Under the pieces are notes generated by a model. That model was not told where the DNA came from, searched no databases, and was given only the letters and a program-made list of their open reading frames with translations. The position numbers were made by a program, and so were the translations under genes. Positions 1-10,997 of a stretch of DNA of 64,000 bases are shown here, piece by piece; the stretch's first letter is position 1; every line of letters starts with the position of its first letter. Origin of the DNA: Octopus sinensis (lineage: Eukaryota); NCBI RefSeq assembly GCF_006345805.1, contig NC_043005.1, positions 52,204,001-52,268,000 of the forward strand, given 5' to 3'.

Positions 1-554
1 CACGTGTTCACACCACTTATTGGTCAATTTGAATTCTCACACACGACTAACGTTCCAATACACACTTTTACCGAAATGATCATACCTACGCGTGAACTCT
101 TTTTTGTGCTAGATTACTGCATGATTTAAGAGATAGTTCATACTTGCATTACCTTTGCCACTGATTCTGTATTTGGTTGAGTTTTATCATTCACTACTTT
201 TATCTAATTCGTTCTGTTTTTTCGTTCTTCAGTAGTTATAATCAGAATTTCGCTTTCTCGTAATACATTTCTATCTATTAGCCACAATCAGAGTTCTTTG
301 TTTTCAATATCCCCTGTACGTTGCTTGAATTGGTCATGAGATTCCTTCTCCTTCCAGCTATTCGTCTCATTCATCACTTTATTCTTGAATTCTCCTACTG
401 ATTCAGCATCTCTTTAGATTTTCTAGCCGCAGATTGTATTCTTTCTTTACGCCGTTGAATAGTTATTCAACATAGTTATTCAAACCAATATCGCAGCGCA
501 GATGGTGTCTTCTGTGACTAAAAGACCTTGCCTACTTCTTTTCTTGATACGTGG
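1..554 (-). pseudogene. Decayed R4/Dong-type non-LTR retrotransposon ORF fragment (post-RT region and zinc-knuckle region); runs off the window start
   Basis: Minus-strand translation with stops and frameshifts: PRIKKRSRQGLL (cf. LPRKEGGRGL), WKEKESHDQF, then CSNLAQK/EFTRRYDHFGKSVYWNV...NKWCEHV (cf. RHD...HW...WYEH). Confidence 0.7.
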
Positions 555-586
555 CTGCTGTTACTTTTAGGGTGGTGTGCCTTGTG

Positions 587-1095
587 TCCCTTGATGCAGT
601 ACCAGGCACTGTCTCTCATGGCTTCTGATCTTAACTGATTGGAAGTGTTATCATGTACATGTTTTGTGTTGGTATAAAAAAATAGGCTACAGAAAATATT
701 TTTCTCAGTACCACAGATTCGCTTGTCAGTTACTTAACCATAATAAATTGAGCATGTCCTTTCGACTGGCGATATGTACACCTCCGATCACGAGCAGATG
801 TAGTGGGGGAGCATCATAGCCATGTTTTAAGAGGAATCCTTTGGGGTTGGAATAATTCACCTCCAGAAACATGGATATTTCGTTCATCATCCTTAAACAA
901 AGCGGGTTGAACTACTCAACCTGAAGAAAATTCTGAGCCCAATCTTGCAAGATCATGCACTGTTTATCTTGAAATGGGATTACCATGTTGCGTACATATG
1001 GTTATGATGCATTAGACGGATGCCATGATGGGTATACTGGGCTACGTATATTTTTATCCCAGTGTACTTTGATGAAATGTGCCGCTCTCTAACTC
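587..1095 (+). repeat. Unclassified ~560-bp interspersed repeat, copy 1 (reverse-complement homologue of 6272-6829)
   Basis: Shared blocks such as GATGCAGTACCAGGCA, CTCATGGCTTCTGATCTTAACTGATTGGAAGTGTTATCATGTACAT and GTAGTGGGGGAGCATCATAGCCATG; followed by (AAT)n. Confidence 0.85.
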
Positions 1096-1130
<35 letters not shown>

Positions 1131-1180
1131 TAATAATAATAATAATAATAATATAATAATATAATAATAATATACAAATA

Positions 1181-1430
1181 AATGCGCCCTTTTAAAGCCT
1201 AGCCAAGCTCACGGGCCCGGTTTCCCGGTTTCTATGGTGTATGTGTTCCTCAGCTGGACGGGACGCCAGTCCATCGCAACGTTACTCATTTTTGCCAGCT
1301 GAGTGAACTGGAGCCACGTGAATTGAAGTGTTTTGCTCTAGAACACAACACGTCGCCCGGTCCAGGAATCAAAACCACATTCTTACGATCATGGTGCTGA
1401 CACCCTAACCACTAAGCCACGCGCCTCCAC
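1181..1430 (-). mobile_element. tRNA-derived SINE, family C (CORE/V-like internal blocks)
   Basis: Minus strand GTGGAGGCGCGTGGCTTAGTGGTTAGGGTG (A box)...GATTCCTGGACCGGGCG (B-box-like), GTTCTAGAGCAAAACACTT and GCGATGGACTGGCGTCCCGTCCAG; flanked by (AAT)n. Confidence 0.75.
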
Positions 1431-1479
<49 letters not shown>

Positions 1480-1510
1480 GTAATAATAATAATATTAATA
1501 ATAATAATAA

Positions 1511-2156
1511 TACAAAAATCGCCACGATAGGGTAGGACAGTATATACATTGGAAGATATGTAAATACTACAAATTCGACACTCCTGCTAACTGGTATGAA
1601 CACCATCCTCAGCCAGTTGTTGAAGGTAAGGATGTCACCATCTTCTAGGATTTTTCAGTCAACACTGACAGAACGATCAAAGCTAATCGACCAGACATAA
1701 TTGTTAAAGACAGGGAAGAAAATACCTGCAGACTAATAGAGGTAAGCGTCCCCACTGATAAAAATGTATCTGTAAAGGAATTTGACAAACTTAGTAAATA
1801 TAAGGACCTGGAAATCGAAATACAAAAGATGTGGAATCTTAAAACAAAAACTGTTCCTGTTATTGTAGGTGCCCTAGGTATGATAAAAAAGGGATGTCAG
1901 AAACACCTAAACAATATCCCTGGAGAACCATGTCTCAAGGAAATCCAAAAGATTGTGCTAACAAGTACTGCCCACATCCTTAGAAAAACCCTATCAATGT
2001 AAATGTTTGTGTTTGTATTACATGGAGATATTTCTCTACTTCCCCTCTCCAAGCTTTCAGCTATATTTCAACAACTCTTAACCTTCACTTGCCCAAGGGC
2101 ACTGGGTGTGTCCCGGCAAGTGATTGCATCAAACATGCAGATTAAAAGTAAATGAC
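1511..2156 (+). mobile_element. 5'-truncated R4/Dong-type non-LTR retrotransposon: restriction-like endonuclease (REL) coding end 1511-2002 plus 3' UTR
   Basis: One frame reads YKNRHDRVGQYIHWKICKYY...WYEHHPQPVVEGKDVTIF*DFSVNTDRTIKANRPDIIVKD...LIEVSVP...KYKDLEIEIQKMWNLKTKTVPVIVGALG...LRKTLSM*, with a single internal TAG at 1646-1648; (AAT)n at 1431-1510 and 2157-2232. Confidence 0.9.
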
Positions 2157-2200
<44 letters not shown>

Positions 2201-3270
2201 TAATAGCAATAATAACAATAATAATAATAATGAGGATGATGATAAATATCATTAAGGGGGTGGGATGTACAATGAATAATTTTTAGTGCATTTCTTATTG
2301 TGAGAAAAGTTTTTTTTACAAATGTTAATTACCTTACAAAAACCATATCAGCTAAGCAAATAACCTTCTCTAAAAGTACTATAACATATTCAGAACACTA
2401 TTTCAGATAATTATCCCCGTTCTCTTTGAGCATACAGAAGTCAAATTAAGTAGGAGAAAAATGAGTAAGAATCAAGTAAATTTCTTCATTTCTCCAGAAT
2501 TACATTAGAGAAAAAGGCTCATACACATTAATATCCATCCGTAGACATCAGAAAGATAATGCAACAAAAACTAAACAAATCTCGGTCAAATGAAAGAGGA
2601 TCATGGAAAAATGGTACTTGATATGAAATTAATGAAACTCTAATAAATCTAAAAATTTAATATAAATTATTCTCTGTAGATTGTTTACAATCTTCTGGAA
2701 TGGCTCCCGATATATTTACGCACCATGAAGTAAAAGAGAAGAAATTATTGAAATTATTCAGTACTCATTTTACCTCAACTTAGATTTATTTTATGAAAAT
2801 TGGAACCAAATTAAACATTAGTGTGGAATAAAATTGACTTGGAATCCAGCAGAGAAAAGAATTTTGATTGTTAAACACCAAAAATTATTGAGATGTTTTA
2901 TTAGCAACCTCAATTACAATCGTGACAAATTTAGGGAAAAAAATTATCTGTCCCTTGACTATGTTTCAAACTCTTTCAGTTTCAACAACCATGTTAAGCA
3001 TTTTTTACTCCCAAAGATGATGCAACTTTAAAAAATGATGCGGCAATACTTGCAATGTAAGGGTTTCCAACAAGTTAGGAGGAAATAACGAAGAATCAGA
3101 AGTTACTAATTTTGCCCCACTTGGTGTATTTAATCTTCTCTACCAACTTACCTCCACGACATAGTTAGTTGTACTGAAGCCTATTAACATCGTCACCAAA
3201 ATCCCAAGTGTTAAAAAATTCGCCGTTTTATGCCTCTGAACTATGTGTACTGCCTTCCTTATTATATATA

Positions 3271-3670
3271 CTCTTTTACTCTCTTTTACTTGTTTCAGGC
3301 ATTTGACTACGGCCATGCTAGAGCACCACCTATACTCGAGCAAATCGACCCCACAACTTATTGTTTGTAAGCCTAGTACTTATTCTATCGGTTTCTTTTG
3401 CCGAACCGCTAAGTTACGGGGACGTAAACACACCAGCATCGGTTGTCAAGCGATGTTGGGGGGGGGAACAAACACACACATATATATATACATATACATA
3501 TATATGACGGGCTTCTTTCAGTTTCCGTCTACCAAATTCACTCACAAGGCTTTGGTCGGCCCGAGGCTATAGTAGAAGGCACTTGCCCAAGGTGCCACGC
3601 AGTGGGACTGAACCCGGAACCATGTGGTTGGTAAGCAAGCTACTTACCACACAGCCACTCCTGCGCCTAT
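3271..3670 (-). mobile_element. Full-length SINE family A (~400 bp: tRNA head, CORE-like block, internal TA/CA tract, GTAAAAGA tail)
   Basis: Minus strand AGGCGCAGGAGTGGCTGTGTGGTAAG...GGGTTCAGTCCCACTGCGTGGCACCTTGGGCAAGTG...tail GAAACAAGTAAAAGAG; more than 10 homologues in the window. Confidence 0.9.
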
Positions 3671-5384
3671 TACCGGTAAGTGTCGATACAGAAACTATTT
3701 TTGATTTTGGTAATGTACAAACATCATCATCACTATGTGTAAAAAAAAATACCAAGCAAACATAGAGCTGGATATTTAAAAGTGCTTACAAGGTAGAAAT
3801 TGAAAATCATAGATATGCAAATCCAATGTTTTGCTGAGGTATTCAAATCTCCAAACATTCACATACATATCTTGTTTGATATTGAGTTCCCTGGTTAATT
3901 CAGAATATCCTGTTATGGACCGCAGCTATACTGCATTATGGATAGACGAAAATACTCCGAAGAAATAGCCAGCTACTTGTTTATTCAAATATCAAATATC
4001 CTACACAAATATCCAGTTCCCAGGATATTCACATGATGTATTAACTGATAGAGATATTCAATCCACGCTATATTCAGATATACTATAACCAGCCGAGATA
4101 TCCAGATATGTTATATCCGGTAGAGATATTGAACTACCTGTGATATTCATATATGCATGAAAAATAGAAAACTGTATATGCATGTATTCATGAATGTACG
4201 TATGTATGAATATATGTGTGTATTTGTGTGTGTGTGTGTGTGCGTGCGTGCTTGCATGTATAAGCTCTAGAGATTGGATATTCAAATTCTCGGTATTCAG
4301 AGAGTTTATATCCAATATGGGCATGAGTTTTCACATTTGCCAGCTGCTGTTTAGTTAATAAAATCGACAATCATACTTAATCTGTATTTATTTTATTAAA
4401 TATTTTGGTAAAGGTGCTTGCCAAAAACGTTGGTGTTTGTGGTCACAAATTTAGGTGGAGACGCTCAAATATGTGCAAATTCTGGCACATCAGTCTATGA
4501 AACAAGCACTCTTGCATTGCTAGATGTGTCTTCGGTGGTGCTCTAACCAATTTAGGTAAGTTCAAATCGTAAATCAAGCCCGGGCATGGCTATCTAGTGC
4601 TTATATTAAAGAAAAGTGGCTACAGTTTTTCTTCTGAAGTTGGATCGCTATAAAATACAGTGGCAACATATTTGGTTGTCAAACAGCTACCTAGCAGAGA
4701 CCTTTTGCTTCGTGCACTCGATCAACCATAGATACGCACACTCATCTTTTCTATATGACTTGGTACTAGAAACTTTACTCTGGAGATTGGAAAAGTAGAG
4801 TACCCTCTCTAACAGGACGACGCCAGCATCATAGCATTGGACACATCGAAAATTGAGATGGTTAAAGCATGTTGTTGTTGTTACTTCCTGGTTCTCTGAG
4901 AAGCAAGAATCTACTAAGTTTGTAAAATTTCAGTTTAAAAATAGTTTTAAGAAAATAAGTTATTTTCCAGTCGACAATGTTTTTCTTTGGATGTAGGCTG
5001 TACCCATGAGAACAAGCGTTTGTAGTTCTGATACTTCTGGGTTTCCTGGTATCTGGCTATAGTGTTTAAGAGAGCCATTTGGTAATGTCCTGAAAGCACG
5101 GATGGTCATACTTAGTTCTTAGATGCCACATTTCTGAGACCTCCATTTGAAGATCCTTATATGCACCTAAATTTTCAAATATTTTTTACAGAAGTGTCGC
5201 TGTCTAACGGGAGGTGGGTGAGATATCTATGAGTAAATATGTTTTGTCAATGTAATATTTTTACCACAATATCTGGTCTATTGGCCTGTATAGTACGATC
5301 AGTTTGAATGCCAAAGTTCCAAAATTCCAAAGAACGATGACATCTATAGTTTTTTACTACTTTGGCATCCACCTGTTGTTCTCA

Positions 5385-5385
5385 G

Positions 5386-5446
<61 letters not shown>

Positions 5447-5458
5447 CTGTTGTTGTTG

Positions 5459-5489
<31 letters not shown>

Positions 5490-5544
5490 TATCATTATTA
5501 ATATTATTATATTATTATTATTATTATCATTATTATTATTATTA

Positions 5545-5580
<36 letters not shown>
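5385..5580. repeat. Compound (ATT)n/(GTT)n microsatellite
   Basis: Seen directly. Confidence 0.95.
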
Positions 5581-5583
<3 letters not shown>

Positions 5584-5958
5584 TATGCACTCAACAGATT
5601 AGACTGTTGGAAAAGAAAAGAATCTTCACATTGGGCTACAACAAGTAGCCTTAGATTCCAAGAACCCTCCTAATATCCTAGCTCCTAAGTCCCTAATAAC
5701 ACTGTTTTCTGGAGTTGTCCTAAACTGGGTTTTTATGCTTATTTCCTCTATCCATCTGCTCAGATCTTTAGGATTAGTTCTCAATACACCTATAACTACT
5801 GGGATACATTTTATCCGCACTTTCCAAAGTCTCTGTAATTCAATGGCTAGGTCCTGGTACTTTAATATTTTTTCTGTACTTCTCATATTAAATTTTTTCA
5901 TCATTTGGAACTGTAAAGTCAATTATCTGGCACTTTCTATTGTATTTATCTACTACTA

Positions 5959-6000
<42 letters not shown>

Positions 6001-6103
6001 AACTACCACCACCACCACCACCAGCACCAGCAACAGCAGCAGCAGCACCACCACCACCACCACCAGCACCAGCAACAGCAGCAGCAGCACCACCACCACC
6101 ACA

Positions 6104-6135
<32 letters not shown>

Positions 6136-6250
6136 CAAATCAGGCCTTCTAGCTTCTATTATTCTGTCTGTCTATCTGAATCTTAAAATCCTACATCTTG
6201 CATTTCTTATTTCCTAGTATTTTTACTAGGTCCATGTTCATACCATTGGT
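5581..6250 (-). mobile_element. Second 5'-truncated R4/Dong-type REL fragment (different subfamily), split by an internal microsatellite at 5951-6135
   Basis: Minus strand QWYEHGP...*DFKIQ...IEARRPDLVV[expansion]VVDKYNRKCQIIDFTVPNDE...KYQDLAIELQRLWKVRIKCIPVVIGVL; (TAA)n on both sides. Confidence 0.85.
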
Positions 6251-6271
6251 AATTATTATTATTATTATAAT

Positions 6272-6826
6272 TGAGTGAGCGAGCAGAGCATGCCATCAAA
6301 GTGACACTGGGGTAAAATATACGAAGCCCAGTATACCCATCATGACTACCCGTCTGATAAGGGTACACCAGGCACATGCATCACAACCATATGTGCGCGA
6401 CATGGTGATCTCATATCAAGATAAACAGCACATGACCTTGCAGGTGGAGCCCAGTTAGAATTTTCTTCAGATCGAGTAACCCATCCCGCTCAAAAGGTCC
6501 CTGAATAAGGGTTGTTTAAGGACGTTGAACGAAACACCCATGTTTCCATAGGTGAATTATTCAAACCCCAAAGAATCCTTCTCAACACATGGCTATGATG
6601 CTCCCCCACTACTTCTGCTCGTGATCAGAGATGCACATATCATCAGCCACTAAGGGACATGCTCAACTGGTTAAGGTCAAACAACTGACAAGCAAATCTG
6701 TGGTATTGAGCAGAATATTTGCTGTAGCCCATCTTTTATACCAAGACAAAACAATGTACATGATAACACTTCCAATCAGTTAAGATCAGAAGCCATGAGA
6801 GCCACTGCCTGGTACTGCATCAGGGC

Positions 6827-6829
<3 letters not shown>
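6272..6829 (-). repeat. Unclassified ~560-bp interspersed repeat, copy 2
   Basis: Reverse-complement homologue of 587-1095; (TAA)n on both sides. Confidence 0.85.
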
Positions 6830-6864
<35 letters not shown>

Positions 6865-6890
6865 TATTATTATTATTATTATCATTATTT

Positions 6891-7102
6891 GGGCGGCAAG
6901 CTGGCAGAATCGTTAGCACACTGGGCAAAATGTTTAGCGACATTTCGACCATCTGCATGTTCTGAGTTCAAGTTCCGCTGGGGTTCACTTCGGCTTTCAT
7001 TCTTTCGAAATCGATAAAATAAGTACCAGTCGAGCATTGGGGTCGATGTAATCGACTAACCCTCTCCCACGAAATTGCTGGCCTGGTGTCAAAATTTGAA
7101 AC
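6891..7102 (+). mobile_element. SINE family B (GGCGGCGAGCTGGCAGAATCGTTAG head), short-tail form
   Basis: Head, GTTCTGAGTTCAA B-box-like block, TCGATAAAATAAGTACCAG...GGGGTCGATGTAATCGACT core and AAAATTTGAAAC tail; inside (TTA)n. Confidence 0.85.
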
Positions 7103-7131
7103 TATTATTACTATTATTATTATTTTTATTA

Positions 7132-7189
<58 letters not shown>

Positions 7190-7849
7190 CAGTGTTGCTT
7201 TTGCTATTGCTGCTGCTGCTGTTCTTGTTACTGTTGTTATTATTATTCATAGTTATATTTTTTATTGAACAACATATATACGAGAATAATTGGAAATATT
7301 TTCTGCTTTTATCATGGAAATAAACATATTCAAATGCATTATTTCAAAACTCATTTACAGTTCAGTGCTTCTCTCTTCATGGTCATTGTATTACAACGAT
7401 CGTATTTGTAGCCGATCTAAAAATGCATGAGACATTTGGCAACAAATGGATGGAAACCATTTTTTTTTACTGCTTTTATTTATTTATAATATTCAACAAA
7501 AATCTTTACTTTGTTCATTGGCGGAACTAGTTGGAATATGTCCATCTCCAGTAAAATGGTTTCGAACAAATAAAATAAAATAAAATAAAAACGAAAGAAA
7601 ATAAATAAATATATAAAATTAAAATTATGAGAAAAATTTTTTTTAAACAAATAGTAATACTAATAATAATAATGATAAATAAACTAACAATAATAAATCA
7701 AAACACAATTTCACAATTTTAGTTTGCGGTTATGGCTTCTTTTCAATTTCCTTTTTTCTTTCTCTTGTTGTTTCCTTGCAAAATTTTGTTCGTCAAAAAC
7801 TTTCCATACTTCCTTTTCCATTTCATACACGCTAGGTGTATGCATGCAT

Positions 7850-7975
7850 GAGTGTTTGTATGTATGTATGTATGTATGTATGTATGTATGTATGTATGTA
7901 GTATGTATGTATGTATGATATAATACATAATATTATATATATTATAAGTATATATATATATACCATATATATATT

Positions 7976-8071
<96 letters not shown>

Positions 8072-8236
8072 ATGTATGTATGAATGTATTATGTATGTAT
8101 GTATGTATGTATGAATGTATGTATGTATGTATGTATGTATGTATGCATGTATGCATGTATGCATGTATGTATGTATGTATGCATGCATGTATGTATATAT
8201 GTATGTATGTATCTATGCATGTATGTATCAATGTAT

Positions 8237-8270
<34 letters not shown>

Positions 8271-8335
8271 TGTATGTATGTATGTATGTATGCATGAATG
8301 TAAATGTAATGATGTCTCTATATGAATATATGTGC
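7850..8335. repeat. Compound (TATG)n/(TA)n/(TG)n microsatellite block
   Basis: Seen directly; explains the many MYVC-type ORFs. Confidence 0.95.
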
Positions 8336-8403
8336 GTATATATATATATATATATTCGTATGCATGTATGTGTACATACATGTGTATATGTAATTACGAA
8401 GTT

Positions 8404-8450
<47 letters not shown>

Positions 8451-9302
8451 GACCATCATCATTCAAAAATTTTCCATTCAGTTTATACATTCATTTATTT
8501 TTGTTCATTAATATTTTGGTTTTTCATTTTATTTATATTATTATTTGTTTGTTTTTTTTTTCAGTCTTTTTTTTTTTCTTCTTTTTTTTTCACCCAGAGA
8601 TATAATGTCCGGTTTATAGTTCCGACAATATACTACGAAAGTTATGCATCAGTATTTGTGCTATTAGAAACCAAAATGTGTCCGGCAGATAAGCTTCTAA
8701 AAATTGTTCTCAACTCCTAACATCACCACGACATCACATTCATTCCTACCACTATTACCAGCACTGCTGCTGCCGCCACCATCACCACCACCACTGCCGC
8801 CACTGCCGCCGCCGTCGCAATCAGAGCCACTGCCGCCGCCGTCGCAATCAGAGCCACTGCTATTACCGACCAAATCCATTCAGAAATGATATACTGCCAA
8901 ATACCGTAATTACGTATCTGAAGAAAACCTAATGCTTTATATAGAAAGGACAAACACACAGAGCATCAGAAGCATGCAGTGCAGCTGACCGAAAGATTTT
9001 TGATATCCACATAATGGAGAGCTGTCAAGCTCACTTCTATAAATCTTACAATTTTGTTGGCGTGAACCCAAGACCTGAGTAAGCTGAGATGGGATTGAAC
9101 CTGTTTTCTCTCCGCAGTCGACCATATCACACCAACCGACCAACCCATCGTTGACTAATATCGTTATTCTCCACCGTATATTTATTTAGTTAGTGTGTCA
9201 CGCCCTGTGTATTAACACCTATGTATATCATTAATACTAACTTACCTGATGTTAGCAGGAGGCTCGCACCTTTCATTCACTCCATTACATTGTTACTGGT
9301 TT

Positions 9303-9680
9303 TGTTACTGGAATGTGACCATACTGGAGCATCGCTTTGAAGAGTTTTAGTCGATCAAATCGAAATCCACTCGGTATTTTTGTGAAGTATTACACTTTTT
9401 CTATCGATATATATTTTGTGGAATTTTTATGCTAAGGTTAAATGAACAAACACCGGTTGTCAAGCGGTGTCACATAAAGACAAGTTCCGGATAGAAACAC
9501 ACACTACAAAATAGACACAGATATGCAAGTGCGTGCGTACACACACTCTCTCACACAGATGCAATATTTTCGACGAGCCTACGTAGTTACTGGTTACTAA
9601 ATTCGCTCGCAAGCCAATCGTTGGTACGCATTATGATGGAGGACACTTGCCTGCACGTTTCATGCACTGAGACTACATTT
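9303..9680 (-). mobile_element. Old decayed SINE family A copy
   Basis: Remnants GACCATACTGGAGCATCGC, TTAGTCGATCAAATCG, CGGTTGTCAAGCG, GACACTTGCC. Confidence 0.55.
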
Positions 9681-9931
9681 ATCACGTTGTTTCCATAACT
9701 GGGGTCTTGGAGATTTAAGTAACGATTTTGCATCACCTGTATGGCTTACACAGGATGGGCCAAAAGTCACGCATAGAATAAGTTCAAATACAAACCAGAA
9801 TTGTCAAAGGAGTGCTTTCTTTTTTCTAAAATTCAATAAAATAAATAAAATAATTGCAGCGTGGAAGGTGTTTGTAAGCCATTAAGAAACACACAAAAGC
9901 CGTTCGATTCACTTCAACATTTAAGTTTAAT

Positions 9932-9978
9932 TTGTCAGAATATTTTCGTCGCTTTAAGACGCGACTGTTCACTGACAA
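9932..9978 (-). ncRNA. Minimal type I hammerhead ribozyme, G3-C8 core variant
   Basis: 5'-ttgtca GTGAACA gtcgc gtcttaaa gcgac GAAA atat TC tgacaa-3': 6-bp stem I, 5-bp stem II, palindromic AATATT stem III, UC cleavage site. Confidence 0.75.
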
Positions 9979-9987
9979 GCATGATTT

Positions 9988-10036
9988 TTGTCAGTGAACA
10001 GGTCGCGGTCTTAAAGCGACGAAAATATTTTGACAA
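9988..10036 (+). ncRNA. Minimal type I hammerhead ribozyme, G3-C8 core variant (inverted partner)
   Basis: 5'-ttgtca GTGAACA g gtcgc ggtcttaaa gcgac GAAA atat TT tgacaa-3'. Confidence 0.7.
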
Positions 10037-10308
10037 ATTAAACTTAAATGTTGAAGTGAATCGAACGGTTTTGTGTGTTTCTTAAATGGCTTACAAACAC
10101 TTCCACGCTGCAAATGTTTTCGTTTCAGCACACGATCTCAGATCAAATCATTGCTATGCAAGTACATCTCCGTAAAATAAAATAATGCTATCTACATAAG
10201 TACTTCTACATGATGAACAAAATGCACAATAATAACAAAATTATCTTAAATAAAGTGCAACACGTTGTAGTGCGTGATTTCTGGCCCAACTTGTATATGT
10301 GAAGATCG

Positions 10309-10400
10309 CGAGGACGCATGGTCTGGTGGGTATGGTGCTGCACTCTCGATTACGCGTTCCTTGTTCAAATGCCTGGACCGGTTGGTGCGTTGCGTTCTTG
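10309..10400 (+). mobile_element. SINE family C head fragment
   Basis: GAGGACGCATGGTCTGGTGG...GTTCAAATGCCTGGACCGG...GCGTTCTTG. Confidence 0.55.
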
Positions 10401-10604
10401 ACGAAAATATTTTGACTTACGCTGCTCTGTGATTACTTCGACATTTGACATAATTACACGTTCCACCTATTCCAGTAACGTCGATCTGATGGAGAGAGTC
10501 AGCAAATACACAGCACATAGATTTGATCATTATACGTAAGCAAATGATATGTGCTGGTTGTTTCAACAAGACATTGCAGAACCGTCTTTCCCGGACTACT
10601 ATCA

Positions 10605-10997
10605 TACGCGCAGGAGTGGCTGTGTGGTAAGTAGCTTGCTTACCAACCACATGGTTCCGGGTTCAGTCCCACTGCGTGGCAACTTGGGCAAGTGTCTTCT
10701 ACTATAGCCTCGGGTGGGTCGACCAAAGCCTTGTGAGTGGATTTGGTCGACGGAAACTGAAAGAAGTCCGTCGTATATATGTATATATATATATATGTTT
10801 GTGTGCCTGTGTTTGTCCCTTAGCATTGCTTGACAACCGATGCTGGTATGTTTATGTCCCCGCCATTAGCGGTTCGGCAAAAGAGACCGATATAATAAGT
10901 GCTAGGGTTACAAAGAATAAGTCCTGGGGTCGATTTGCTCGACTAAAGGCTGTGCTCCAGAATGGCCGCAGTCAAATGACTGAAACAAGTAAAAGAG
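10605..10997 (+). mobile_element. Full-length SINE family A
   Basis: GCGCAGGAGTGGCTGTGTGGTAAG head to GACTGAAACAAGTAAAAGAG tail. Confidence 0.9.

Larger units (their letters stand above)
9854..10174. mobile_element. Fold-back element: 125/126-bp inverted arms (9854-9978 and 9988-10113) around a 9-nt spacer, with an unpaired 3' extension; Penelope-like pseudo-LTR or retrozyme-like
   Basis: Arms match by eye with only a few substitutions and indels; each arm carries a hammerhead motif at the centre. Confidence 0.8.

Noticed and set aside
3243-3634. Recurrent ORFs such as HLTTAMLEH / FQFPSTKFTHKALVG / CPRCHAVGLNPEPC (also near 36243, 38346, 60409)
   Set aside because: They are reading frames through SINE family A copies
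3600-3670. tRNA genes at SINE heads
   Set aside because: A/B-box-like heads continue into SINE bodies and do not form complete cloverleafs
4560-4600. Possible Helitron 3' end (GCCCGGGCATGGCTATCTAGT)
   Set aside because: Hairpin incomplete and no matching 5' TC end found
6272-6829. Hammerhead or HDV-like ribozyme in the 560-bp repeat (CTGATGA on minus near 6645)
   Set aside because: No downstream stem II plus GAAA, the word is absent from copy 1, and no HDV fold could be built by eye
8697-8889. GC-rich Pro/Gly-rich ORFs (PPPSQSEP x2)
   Set aside because: A (GCC/ACC)n low-complexity tract with a 27-bp tandem duplication; no splice or homology support
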